DNA of 25,547 nucleotides. Origin: a virus. Its lineage: Duplodnaviria; Caudoviricetes. Below are positions 1 to 8,483 of this stretch, in pieces (the stretch's first letter is position 1; each line of letters opens with the position of its first letter). Below the pieces are notes generated by a model that did not search any database, was not told the origin of the DNA, and worked only from the letters and a program-made list of their open reading frames with translations. Made by a program: the position numbers and the translations under genes. The stretch is from positions 1 through 25,547 of IMG/VR virus record IMGVR_UViG_3300047440_000041; one strand, 5' to 3'.

Positions 1-32
1 GGGGGTCTCGCAAATGCACCCCCCTCCCACAT

Positions 33-41
33 CGCCGGACC
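33..41. other. Candidate cohesive-end (cos) site CGCCGGACC, flanked by two imperfect inverted repeats
   Basis: The 9-mer resembles the CGCCG-type 9-nt 3' overhangs I recall for related actinophages. It is flanked by GGGGGT(1-6)/ACCCCC(18-23) and by CCAAAAA..ACTCC(42-56)/GGAGTTTTTGG(60-70), lies upstream of the first gene, and an HNH gene near terL fits cos packaging. Confidence 0.5.
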
Positions 42-103
42 CCAAAAAAATACTCCGGGGGAGTTTTTGGCCCAATGTTTCCGACTTTTAGAGAGGAAGT
101 TCG

Positions 104-226
104 ATGAGTGACGTTCCTGTTGAGCCCGACGAAGACGAGGCTGCTGGCGGAGAGGTCCCTTCCTTCCCTGAGGAAGACACTTCCGAGCTTGATCCGCGTC
201 TTTACGACCAGGACGAAACTGATTGA
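104..226 (+). CDS. 40-aa highly acidic hypothetical peptide (not in ORF track)
   Basis: GAGAGGAAG RBS at 91-99 and ATG at 104. Translates as MSDVPVEPDEDEAAGGEVPSFPEEDTSELDPRLYDQDETD. Its TGA overlaps the TTG start of the next gene (TTGA). Confidence 0.65.
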   Translation: MSDVPVEPDEDEAAGGEVPSFPEEDTSELDPRLYDQDETD

Positions 227-489
227 AGCAACCGCGCACGCTCCCCAGTTGGATCGGCGCTACTGCCTTCATCGTAGCATTTTTCGTAGCTGGTGGTTGG
301 GCCGTGGCTATTGTTCTATCAGCAATCGATCACACAACAAGTGAACCTGCGGTTCAGCTTTTAACAGGTTTGGGTGGCGTTCTTTCAGGCGCAGTAGCTG
401 GATTCCTGGGCGCGGGCGCCGCTCTTATTTGGCGAGATCGAATCAGGGATGACGACGACTCAAGAGAGGATAAACATGGCACCGGCTAA
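223..489 (+). CDS. Small membrane protein with two predicted TM helices
   Basis: Two long hydrophobic segments (IGATAFIVAFFVAGGWAVAIVL and LLTGLGGVLSGAVAGFLGAGAALIW) and a charged C-terminal tail. Translationally coupled to the upstream gene. Confidence 0.65.
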   Translation: MKQPRTLPSWIGATAFIVAFFVAGGWAVAIVLSAIDHTTSEPAVQLLTGLGGVLSGAVAGFLGAGAALIWRDRIRDDDDSREDKHGTG

Positions 490-826
490 CTACGATCTCG
501 CGCTGTATCACGGCGACACTTACACTTGGCGTTATCGTCTTTGGCAAGACGAAGCCAAGACACAGCCGATCGATCTCACTGGCGCAACCGTCGCGGCCGA
601 GATTCGCGACAAGCCCGGTGGCCTAAAGGTCATGACTTTGAATTGCGTGATCACCCAACCCAACATTGTTGATGTGGACTTGCCAAAATCCGCATGGGTT
701 GATGCTCCGCCAAAGGGCAGTTGGGATCTAGAGGTTACCTTCCCAGACGGAACTGTTCGCACAGCCGTTGCTGGTAAGGTGAGCGTTACTCAGGATGTCA
801 CTAATTCCACGGTGGCTGTGCGATGA
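476..826 (+). CDS. Virion fibre adaptor/attachment protein, copy 1 (BppU-N-like beta-sandwich)
   Basis: GAGAGGA RBS then ATG 476. Motif pattern YHGDT..., [13 protein letters not shown]..., WDLEVT...G.V.V...VT. Clear paralog of 2137..2484. Confidence 0.7.
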   Translation: MAPANYDLALYHGDTYTWRYRLWQDEAKTQPIDLTGATVAAEIRDKPGGLKVMTLNCVITQPNIVDVDLPKSAWVDAPPKGSWDLEVTFPDGTVRTAVAGKVSVTQDVTNSTVAVR

Positions 827-1227
827 CCGAGATCGATGTCACGGAAGACGCGCCAATCGTGGTTGATGTCGTTGCTCAGACTGATCCGTTCATCATTGAC
901 ATATTTGACGGAGCACCTGGTCCACAAGGTCCGCCTGGCGCGCCTGGGATTCAAGGTCCGCCGGGAGCGGATGGGATTCAAGGTCCGCCGGGAGTACCAG
1001 GAGAGGATGGAGATCCTGGGCAAAAAGGCGATCCCGGACCTGCGGGGGCTCCCGGAGTAGACGGAGCACCTGGACCTACTGCGGTATCCGCAGACGCGGA
1101 GAACGTTGCAACTTTAGGGTCTGACTCTCTTCTCTACGTGCCAGAGCCGTGGGTTCAGATGACTCGGGCGCAGTATGATGCGCTCGCGGTCAAGGACCCG
1201 GATACAATGTACGTGATCGTCGGCTGA
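823..1227 (+). CDS. Collagen-like (Gly-X-Y) fibre stalk protein with C-terminal [14 protein letters not shown] motif
   Basis: Long GXY run ([16 protein letters not shown]...). ATGA overlap with the upstream gene. C-terminus paralogous to 3120..3461. Confidence 0.8.
   Translation: MTEIDVTEDAPIVVDVVAQTDPFIIDIFDGAPGPQGPPGAPGIQGPPGADGIQGPPGVPGEDGDPGQKGDPGPAGAPGVDGAPGPTAVSADAENVATLGSDSLLYVPEPWVQMTRAQYDALAVKDPDTMYVIVG
945..994 (+). repeat. Direct repeat TGGGATTCAAGGTCCGCCGGGAG x2 (27-bp period) inside the collagen gene
   Basis: Identical 23-mers at 945-967 and 972-994. Confidence 0.85.
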
Positions 1228-2102
1228 TGCCTGTCCTTAACGATGCAGACGACATATTCGTTGGATCAACTCCATCAGACGAGGTCTATTCGGGCACATC
1301 ACTCGTTTGGTCTAGGTCCAACCTTGACAACCTTGACCCAGACACCAAAGCATATTTGGCGGCCACAGGACTTGACCCATACTACGCGCAAATACTAGAC
1401 AACCTTATTGTTGGACTGAAAGACTACAACCTACGCCAGAAGATGGTTGCCGCGTACGCATTCATCGGAGGAACCGCAGACCTCCACAAGTGGAATCTGT
1501 GGGACCCAAGGGATCGCGACGACGCATATCGTCTCACTTTCTACGGTGGATGGCATTCGCTAGAGAATGGTTACACTCCGAATACTCCTAGTGACGTAGT
1601 TAACACCGGATATTCCGACAGTCATTGCGTTCCTCTTGGGACTCTAACTCAAGATTCAACTCATCTATCGTATTATTCTCTGCAAAACATGCCGGTTATT
1701 TCTAGAGCCGAGATGGGTTGTTTCAATTGGACTGGCACCGCTAATAGTCGGTTCCACATCATTGCGCACTATGCACCCGGAGATTTCTACTATGGAATGT
1801 CTGAGGAGGGATTTACGCACGTTCCAATGTCGCGATCAGATGGGTTGTTTACCGCCACAAGGACTGGACCAACCCATCAAGCTGCGTATCGCAATGGAGC
1901 TAGGGTTGGTGAAGATTCTACCCCCTCTGTTCCGCTTCCACCTGTTCCCATTTGGGTCGGCGGAATTAATACCTTCTCAGATAGAACAGATCTTCCGTGT
2001 GGATTCGCTTCAATTGGCTCTGGATTCAGTGACCAAAATGCGGCTGACCTATACACGGTTGTTCAAAATTACCAAAACGAACTCGGAAGAGCGACATCCT
2101 AG
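1227..2102 (+). CDS. Fibre tip/receptor-binding-like protein (probable beta-sandwich/lectin-like domain)
   Basis: TGATG overlap with the collagen gene. N-terminus [13 protein letters not shown]...VYSG..LVW is paralogous to that of 3465..4934. The body is aromatic/Gly-rich, as in phage carbohydrate-binding domains. Confidence 0.6.
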   Translation: MPVLNDADDIFVGSTPSDEVYSGTSLVWSRSNLDNLDPDTKAYLAATGLDPYYAQILDNLIVGLKDYNLRQKMVAAYAFIGGTADLHKWNLWDPRDRDDAYRLTFYGGWHSLENGYTPNTPSDVVNTGYSDSHCVPLGTLTQDSTHLSYYSLQNMPVISRAEMGCFNWTGTANSRFHIIAHYAPGDFYYGMSEEGFTHVPMSRSDGLFTATRTGPTHQAAYRNGARVGEDSTPSVPLPPVPIWVGGINTFSDRTDLPCGFASIGSGFSDQNAADLYTVVQNYQNELGRATS

Positions 2103-2136
2103 GAGAAGACGATCCTCACGACAAGGAGGTGTGACC

Positions 2137-2484
2137 GTGGATCCAGGACCCTATGACCTCAATCTATATCGTGGGGATACGTACAGATGGCGGTACAAGC
2201 TTTGGCAAGATGAATCCAAGACCACACCGGTAGATCTCACTGGCGCGGCAGTCGCGGCCGAATTCCGGGACAAGCCCGGTGGCTCTAAGGTGATGGTCAT
2301 GGGGGTTATTGTAACTCTTCCTAACATCGTCGACGTCGAGATCACAAAGCCTATGTGGGAAGGCGCCCCTAACGGAGGTCTCTGGGACCTAGAAGCTGAG
2401 TGGTCTCCTGGGGATGTCCGGACTTTCGTAGGTGGACGCGTCAGCGTCACAGGCGATGCCACAAACTCCAAGATGAACAAGTGA
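2137..2484 (+). CDS. Virion fibre adaptor/attachment protein, copy 2
   Basis: AAGGAGGT RBS at 2123-2130 and GTG 2137, in frame with track ORF 1762..2484. Aligns end to end with 476..826 (YDLxLYxGDTYxWRYxLWQDExKT...DLTGAxVAAExRDKPGG). Confidence 0.75.
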   Translation: MDPGPYDLNLYRGDTYRWRYKLWQDESKTTPVDLTGAAVAAEFRDKPGGSKVMVMGVIVTLPNIVDVEITKPMWEGAPNGGLWDLEAEWSPGDVRTFVGGRVSVTGDATNSKMNK

Positions 2485-3107
2485 CAACAGTCAACGTAGT
2501 AGACGAGACTGCCGACCCGATTGTCATTGAGGTGTTTACCGGCGCGCCAGGTCCTAAGGGCCCTAAGGGCGACAAGGGTGATCAAGGCCCTGAGGGTGCT
2601 TCTGGTGCTTCTGGGGCTATGTCGCTCATCGGCACACAGACTATCAATACTGATGGTATTGGCGATGTTACATTCAATTCTATTCCACAAACCTTTACGG
2701 ATCTTATTCTCTCTTGGTCGGCGAGAGGAGTATCTAGTGACGGTGCAATTGCTCTAAGGTTTAATGACGATTCGGCAGATAATTTCGAGTGGATGGAATG
2801 GGTTCGTCGCTCGCCAAGTGGCGCTGATGGCGGAAACACCGGCGTTTCGGCAATGAATGTTCTTTATATTGGAACGGTCACTGCCCAGGTTGGTGGTATT
2901 GGAGAGGCAAGAATTATTCGCTATCGCCACCCAGCCCCTCGTCGAGGAGTCATTTCAGACGGGCTTCTTTGGTATACAGATCATACAGACGAGGTTCACT
3001 ATTCCGGATCTTGGAAGAGTACAGCGCCGATCACCAAGGTTCAGGTTATTGCATTTTTCGCCGGAGGCGTCAAGGCTGGAAGCATATTCACCCTCTACGG
3101 ACGATGA
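2481..3107 (+). CDS. Short-collagen fibre protein with C-terminal beta-rich head domain
   Basis: GTGA overlap at 2481, in frame with track ORF 2400..3107. Short GXY run, then a VTFNSIPQTFTDL...WKSTAPITKV...GSIFTLYG domain of a type I recognise from environmental phage fibre proteins. Confidence 0.7.
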   Translation: MTTVNVVDETADPIVIEVFTGAPGPKGPKGDKGDQGPEGASGASGAMSLIGTQTINTDGIGDVTFNSIPQTFTDLILSWSARGVSSDGAIALRFNDDSADNFEWMEWVRRSPSGADGGNTGVSAMNVLYIGTVTAQVGGIGEARIIRYRHPAPRRGVISDGLLWYTDHTDEVHYSGSWKSTAPITKVQVIAFFAGGVKAGSIFTLYGR

Positions 3108-3119
3108 AAGGAGTCTCTC

Positions 3120-3461
3120 ATGACGGTTACTGTCGAAGTCTTTACAGGGGCTCCTGGTCCCGCGGGGGCACAAGGCCCTCAGGGTCCTCCAGGGTCAACC
3201 GGTCCTGCTGGCTCCACCGGTCCTGCTGGTCCCGCGTCAACGGTTCCAGGACCACAAGGTCCTGCGGGTCCTACGGGTCCTGCGGGTCCTACGGGAGCAG
3301 CGTCAACCGTCCCAGGTCCTCAGGGTCCAGCCGGTGCTACTGGTCCTGCGGGTCCGACCGGTCCCGTTGGTCCGCAAGGTCAATGGACTCAGATCACTCA
3401 GGCGGCATACGATGCCCTTTCCCCGCCAAATCCAGCAACTCTCTATGTGATTGTGGGGTAA
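3120..3461 (+). CDS. Collagen-like fibre stalk protein, copy 2
   Basis: GAAAGGAG RBS. Long GPxGPx run with ASTVPGPQ interruptions. Ends [20 protein letters not shown]. Confidence 0.8.
   Translation: MTVTVEVFTGAPGPAGAQGPQGPPGSTGPAGSTGPAGPASTVPGPQGPAGPTGPAGPTGAASTVPGPQGPAGATGPAGPTGPVGPQGQWTQITQAAYDALSPPNPATLYVIVG
3258..3293 (+). repeat. Tandem 18-bp repeat GGTCCTGCGGGTCCTACG x2 in the collagen gene
   Basis: Exact tandem copies at 3258-3275 and 3276-3293. Confidence 0.85.
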
Positions 3462-3464
3462 ACC

Positions 3465-4934
3465 ATGACCGTTCTTAATACCGCGGACAACTTGCGGCTT
3501 GGATCAGCCCAAGTGGGCGGGGCATATTTGGCTGGAGTCAAGGTATGGACGGCTCCGTGGTCGCCACTGTCACTTTCACCCCGCGTGTGGTACGACGCGT
3601 CGGACCTGTCGACTATTACCCTTACTGGTGGACGAGTCACGAGCCTTGCCGACAAGTCTGGGAACGGCCATGCAGTCACCTCGACCTGGGGGCCACAACA
3701 GTCCACGATGGGCGGTTTAAATGCTCTGCTCTTGGAAGGGCAGTCGAACGAGGGCCTGCGTTCCAACGACATCGGGACACTAACCCAACCGTTCACGCTG
3801 GTCGTAGCCGGGGAGAAGCACAATCAAGGCCAGGCGACCTTCGCGGCTATTAACCCGGACGGTCGAGTGTATTCAGCCTATGATAATAACTCCATCGGCA
3901 CCTGGTCAGGTGACGGGATCATCGACGGACCCTGGACCCCGTTCTATGCGCCACGTGTGGTGATCGCCACCATCGACAACTATTTCTCCACTCTCCGAGT
4001 AGACGGCTACATTGAAGCCAGTGGCAACACCGGCACGGTGACAATTCCTTCCCCGACCGCGTTCTCTGTCGGGTGTCTTACGAACGGCTCCGAGATCATT
4101 CGCGGCAAGATCGGCGAAGTTCTCGCGTTCGACCGGGCACTACTGGACAGCGAGGCCGCTCAGCTCTCAGACTATCTGATGGCGAAATGGGGTGTGGCTG
4201 AGCCTCCTCCGAAGCCGAATCATATTTCAGGCCTGGTGTCCTGGTACGACGCGAACGATCTTACTTCTTCGCCGGTCAACACCTGGCCTGATAAGTCTGG
4301 GCATGGTTGGAACGCCACGAAGAACGGGTCCTATCCATCTCCGGCATGGGTATCGAACCTGGCCAACGGTTATCCTGCTGTTAGATTTGGGCCAAATGCG
4401 GCAACGCCGCTTGACGTCCCAACGGCGTCGGTCAACACACTCACCGCATCCGAAATCTTTGTGGTACTCCGGACAATTCCGAACGACGGTAGCAACGTGA
4501 ACTGTCACTGGCAGTTTGGCTATGTCGGAGATCCTACCTCTTACCCATATCCGTACCCAGATATGAGTACGCACAAGATCACAGAGTCGTTCGCAACGAA
4601 CCGACGCCTCCCCGAAGCGACAGCTCCTGCGCCGGTGGATCAATGGCATATCTACAACGTCAGTTCGGCTCCCGGTGACTACGCGATGTCGATGAACGGT
4701 CAGACATACCAGGCCGACTCCGCGAACACCGTCGCCTGGGGCAACCAGGGCTTGAGGCTCGGCTCCAATTGGCAGGGCATCTACTACTGGAATGGTGAGA
4801 TGGCCGAGGTCATCATCTACGACCACAAGCTCACCCCCACCGAGCGCGCCGACGTGATGAAGTACCTCGGCGACCGCTACGCCATTGCGCATCCGCTTGA
4901 AGACACATTCCGCCTACCGCCAGTTCAACGATAG
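3465..4934 (+). CDS. Fibre tip protein with two tandem LamG/concanavalin A-like domains
   Basis: Two repeats starting WYDASDL / WYDANDL...DKSGxG and ending GKIGEVLAFDRAL / GEMAEVIIYDHKL...YL..[KR][WY], separated by a PPPKP linker. Confidence 0.8.
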   Translation: MTVLNTADNLRLGSAQVGGAYLAGVKVWTAPWSPLSLSPRVWYDASDLSTITLTGGRVTSLADKSGNGHAVTSTWGPQQSTMGGLNALLLEGQSNEGLRSNDIGTLTQPFTLVVAGEKHNQGQATFAAINPDGRVYSAYDNNSIGTWSGDGIIDGPWTPFYAPRVVIATIDNYFSTLRVDGYIEASGNTGTVTIPSPTAFSVGCLTNGSEIIRGKIGEVLAFDRALLDSEAAQLSDYLMAKWGVAEPPPKPNHISGLVSWYDANDLTSSPVNTWPDKSGHGWNATKNGSYPSPAWVSNLANGYPAVRFGPNAATPLDVPTASVNTLTASEIFVVLRTIPNDGSNVNCHWQFGYVGDPTSYPYPYPDMSTHKITESFATNRRLPEATAPAPVDQWHIYNVSSAPGDYAMSMNGQTYQADSANTVAWGNQGLRLGSNWQGIYYWNGEMAEVIIYDHKLTPTERADVMKYLGDRYAIAHPLEDTFRLPPVQR

Positions 4935-4942
4935 GAGATACT

Positions 4943-5218
4943 GTGAGTTACCTCACACAGGATGAAATTGCTAACAATCCGTCCATGATGGCTCGCGCCG
5001 CTCAAGCTGCCGCGCAGGAGAATGTTCCAGGAGACCCAGATCGTTGGGTTTGGGACAACCGACGTACTTGGTCTGCTGCTCCTGGTTGGGATGCGGCATG
5101 GGAATCGTCAAAGGTTAGTAACCCAGAGCCAGAGTACGACCCCGGAAAGGACGAAGGGGTCATCACCGATGGGATGATTCTTTCCCAGGTTCAGTCCATG
5201 GCGAACCCACCAATCTAA
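4943..5218 (+). CDS. Hypothetical phage protein
   Basis: AGGAG RBS, GTG start, fills the gap between neighbours, plausible composition. Confidence 0.7.
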   Translation: MSYLTQDEIANNPSMMARAAQAAAQENVPGDPDRWVWDNRRTWSAAPGWDAAWESSKVSNPEPEYDPGKDEGVITDGMILSQVQSMANPPI

Positions 5219-5228
5219 GGAGGTTTCG

Positions 5229-5561
5229 ATGGGCGTTAGAAAGGAACCAAAACGGCGAGGGCGCCCAGCGACTACTCCTGAGAACAGAGAGAATCAGCTA
5301 ATCTCCCTCGCTACCGATCTCGCAGAGAAGCAGATGCGAGAAGGCACTGCGTCCGCGCAGGTGATTAGTCACTATCTTAAGCTCGGATCAACGCGCGAGC
5401 AGCTAGAGCAGGAACGCCTTTCAAGAGAGAACTCTCTACTCGGCGCGAAGGTTGATCAGATGGCCTCTGCGAAGAGGATTGAAGAGTTGTACGAGACGGC
5501 GCTGAATGCTATGCGTGCTTACGCTGGTGATCAGATCGTTGAGTATGACGATGAAAACTAA
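5229..5561 (+). CDS. Putative terminase small subunit
   Basis: AAGGAGG RBS. Helical, basic N-terminus (RRGRPATTPENRENQLISLA). Position upstream of HNH and terL. The function is inferred from context only. Confidence 0.5.
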   Translation: MGVRKEPKRRGRPATTPENRENQLISLATDLAEKQMREGTASAQVISHYLKLGSTREQLEQERLSRENSLLGAKVDQMASAKRIEELYETALNAMRAYAGDQIVEYDDEN

Positions 5562-5988
5562 GCGATATTCTGAGCTTAAAAGACTTGAAACCTTTGAAGA
5601 TAGGTATGAATACCTGAAGCTAGGCGGGGCTGTAGGTCATACTACGTTCGGTTTCGACAGGTATATTAACCAAACGTTTTACTCTTCTTATGAGTGGAAA
5701 CAAGTCCGAGATCAGATCATATTGCGGGATGATGGGTGTGATTTAGGGGTTCCTGGGTACGAAATCCACGGGAATCTCCTTATTCACCACATTAACCCAA
5801 TGACGTCAGAAGCAATAGTGCATGGTGATGATTGGATCCTCGATCCCGATTTCCTTATTACCACAAGCCACAATACACATAATGCAATCCACTATGGCGA
5901 CAATACACTGTTAAAGAAGCCATATGTGGCTCGAAAACCAGAAGATACCCGTCTCTGGGCAAGAAGGAGGTCAACAAATGGAGCCTAG
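5545..5988 (+). CDS. HNH endonuclease (packaging-associated type)
   Basis: W..VR..II.RD..C, IHHINP and HNTHNAIHYG motifs. Start is ATG 5545 or 5551. Confidence 0.8.
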   Translation: MTMKTKRYSELKRLETFEDRYEYLKLGGAVGHTTFGFDRYINQTFYSSYEWKQVRDQIILRDDGCDLGVPGYEIHGNLLIHHINPMTSEAIVHGDDWILDPDFLITTSHNTHNAIHYGDNTLLKKPYVARKPEDTRLWARRRSTNGA

Positions 5989-6355
5989 TATTCTTATCAG
6001 TACTAAGAAGATTCTTGGTATTTCAGCAGATTATGATGCATTTGATTTGGATATTCTAACCCATATCAATGCGACGTTCTCAATCCTGAATCAGCTTGGT
6101 GTAGGCCCAGTTGAGGGATTCTTCGTCGAGGATGAAACAGCGGTTTGGGACGATTTCGTTGTCCCAGAGAACCAGCACAACCTTGTCAAGACCTACGTTT
6201 ACCTTCGGGTGCGTATGTTGTTTGACCCTCCTGCGACATCGTTCCTCATCGAGGCCGCAAACAGGCAGATCTCGGAGTACGAATGGCGCTTGAATGTCTT
6301 CCGGGAGTACGATTTGTACCCGCCAGTCCCGCCAGAAGAGGTTGAAGTCCCATGA
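5978..6355 (+). CDS. Putative head-tail connector/adaptor protein
   Basis: AAGGAGG RBS and ATG 5978. SIL.STKK.LG...FD.DI..HIN..F..L.QLG and Y.YL.VR.LFDPP pattern of a helical gp6-like adaptor. Confidence 0.6.
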   Translation: MEPSILISTKKILGISADYDAFDLDILTHINATFSILNQLGVGPVEGFFVEDETAVWDDFVVPENQHNLVKTYVYLRVRMLFDPPATSFLIEAANRQISEYEWRLNVFREYDLYPPVPPEEVEVP

Positions 6356-6714
6356 GCCAGGAAGCAATTGACTTCATCCAACATTACGGCATGAAGGGGA
6401 TGCACTGGGGAGTTCGGAATAAGCAACCACGCCGCGAGAGTTCTGACTACAAGCGTACTAAGAATCTTCGTAACCGAAAGCCTCATGAGCTTACCAACAA
6501 GCAGCTTAGTGAGCTTAATAATCGTAGAAATCTAGAGCAAAACTTTCAGCGGTTAAACCCAAGCAAGGCCAAGCGCGGTAAGGAAGCCGTGGCTGCTATG
6601 CTTGCTACGGCAACGCTAGCGACGACGGCTTACAACTTGGTAAATAGTCCTCTTGGTAAGAAGCTTTCGCAACTGGGCAAGAAGAATGTAAACCAACAGC
6701 TTAAACTCTTTTAG
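6352..6714 (+). CDS. HYGxKGMxWGVR-tag protein 1 (basic, one hydrophobic segment)
   Basis: N-terminus FIQHYGMKGMHWGVRN. ATGA overlap with the upstream gene. Confidence 0.8.
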   Translation: MSQEAIDFIQHYGMKGMHWGVRNKQPRRESSDYKRTKNLRNRKPHELTNKQLSELNNRRNLEQNFQRLNPSKAKRGKEAVAAMLATATLATTAYNLVNSPLGKKLSQLGKKNVNQQLKLF

Positions 6715-6737
6715 ACGTAGAAAAGGAGGCGATTTAG

Positions 6738-8483
6738 TTGGGATTGTCTAATACAGCAACGCCTCTTTACTATGGACAGTTTAGAGATGCTGTTCTCCGC
6801 GGAGAGATTCCTGTTAACAGAGAAATTTCCATGGAGATGAATCGTATTGATGATCTAATAACTAATCCGAACATCTATTACGATGAAGATGCCATCAAGG
6901 GCTTCATCAAGTACTGCGAGAATGAGCTTACACTTACTGATGGCAGCGATTTACATCTTCTTGAGACGTTCAAGCTCTGGGCGGAACAGATTTTCGGGTG
7001 GTACTTCTTCGTTGAACGAAGTGTCTACCAGCCCGGGATCGACGGAGCACCAGGTGGCTACATCAAGAAGTCAATCAAGAAGCGCCTTACCACCAAGCAG
7101 TACCTCATCGTCGCCCGCGGCGCAGCCAAGTCAATGTACGGCGCATGCATCCAAGCCTACTTCCTAAACGTGGACACCGCAACCACACACCAGATCACAA
7201 CGGCCCCAACCATGAAGCAGGCCGACGAGATCATGTCCCCTCTCCGCACCGCGGTTACCAGAGCCCGTGGCCCCCTCTTCAAGTTCCTTACAGAGGGAAC
7301 GATGAGGAACACTTCTGGTAACAGAGCCTTTCGTCAGAAGTTGGCTTCCACAAAGCGCGGTGTAGAGAACTTTCTCACGGGGTCTATCCTTGAAGTTCGT
7401 CCTATGGCTATCAACAAGCTGCAGGGTTTGAGGCCAAAGGTCTCTACTATTGACGAATGGTTGTCTGGTGATCTGAGAGAAGACGTTGTTGGAGCAATTG
7501 AGCAGGGCGCTTCGAAGATGGAAGACTATCTGATCGTTGCTATGAGTTCTGAAGGAACTGTCCGGAATGGTTCCGGAGACACGATCAAAATGGAACTTGC
7601 TACGATTCTTCGTGGTGACTACCTTGCTCCTCACATCTCCATCTGGCATTACAAACTCGACGACATCGAGGAAGTTGCTGATCCTGCCACTTGGTTGAAG
7701 GCAAATCCGAATCTTGGACAGACAGTTACCTACGATGTCTACCATTTGGACGTAGAACGCGCTGAGAAGGCCCCCGCGTCCAGGAATGACATCTTGGCCA
7801 AGCGGTTCGGTATTCCAATGGAGGGGTACACGTACTTCTTCACCTACGAAGAGACTCTCCCGCATCGCGCGCGCGAGTTTTGGACGACTCCTTGTTCTCT
7901 TGGGGCTGACCTTTCGCAAGGTGATGACTTCTGCGCGTTCACCTTCATGTTTCCTCTACAGAATGGCTCGTTTGGGATTAAGACTCGTAGCTACATCACG
8001 AATCTTACTCTCATGAAGCTTCCTGGTGCTATGCGCCAGAAGTATGAAGAGTTCATTGCAGAGGGAAGTCTCCAAGTTCTCGAAGGCACTGTCCTAGACA
8101 TGATGGAAGTCTATGATGACCTCGACACTTTCATTCAGACAAACGATTATGACGTTCGTACTCTTGGCTTCGACCCGTACAACGCGAAGGAATTCGTCAC
8201 GCGTTGGGAAGCAGAGAACGGACCGTACGGAATCGAAAAGGTTATTCAGGGTGCGCGAACAGAATCCGTTCCTCTTGGTGAGTTGAAGATTCTCGCTGAG
8301 GAACGTGCTCTAATCTTCGACCAAGATCTCATGTCGTTCGCAATGGGTAACGCGGTCACCATGGAAGATACTAACGGTAACCGCAAGTTGTTGAAGATCA
8401 GAGCAGATGAGAAGATCGATAACGTATCCGCCATGATGGACGCGTACGTTGCCTACAAGGCGCACAAGGAGGCGTTTGAATGA
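6738..8483 (+). CDS. terL: Terminase large subunit
   Basis: Walker A IVARGAAKS, Walker B STIDEW, WLKANPNLG, nuclease motifs GADLSQGDDF and KIDNVSAMMDA. AAGGAGG RBS. Confidence 0.95.
   Translation: MGLSNTATPLYYGQFRDAVLRGEIPVNREISMEMNRIDDLITNPNIYYDEDAIKGFIKYCENELTLTDGSDLHLLETFKLWAEQIFGWYFFVERSVYQPGIDGAPGGYIKKSIKKRLTTKQYLIVARGAAKSMYGACIQAYFLNVDTATTHQITTAPTMKQADEIMSPLRTAVTRARGPLFKFLTEGTMRNTSGNRAFRQKLASTKRGVENFLTGSILEVRPMAINKLQGLRPKVSTIDEWLSGDLREDVVGAIEQGASKMEDYLIVAMSSEGTVRNGSGDTIKMELATILRGDYLAPHISIWHYKLDDIEEVADPATWLKANPNLGQTVTYDVYHLDVERAEKAPASRNDILAKRFGIPMEGYTYFFTYEETLPHRAREFWTTPCSLGADLSQGDDFCAFTFMFPLQNGSFGIKTRSYITNLTLMKLPGAMRQKYEEFIAEGSLQVLEGTVLDMMEVYDDLDTFIQTNDYDVRTLGFDPYNAKEFVTRWEAENGPYGIEKVIQGARTESVPLGELKILAEERALIFDQDLMSFAMGNAVTMEDTNGNRKLLKIRADEKIDNVSAMMDAYVAYKAHKEAFE

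Noticed and set aside
108-344. Track ORF 108..344 (+)
   Set aside because: It overlaps two better ORFs (104..226 with RBS, and 223..489) that are coupled by a TTGA overlap.
1762-2136. N-terminal extensions of track ORFs (1762..2484, and similarly 2400, 5506, 5924, 13594, 19116)
   Set aside because: The extensions overlap upstream genes. RBS position, paralog alignment or stop/start overlaps point to later starts (2137, 2481, 5545, 5978, 13789, 19137).
476-4934. Fibre paralogs as a diversity-generating retroelement or invertible shufflon
   Set aside because: No reverse transcriptase or invertase here, no adenine-specific TR/VR pair seen, and all cassettes are in the same orientation without inverted crossover sites.
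5545-5988. HNH as a mobile homing endonuclease or intron
   Set aside because: It is short, free-standing and located in the packaging module. terL and neighbouring genes are uninterrupted.
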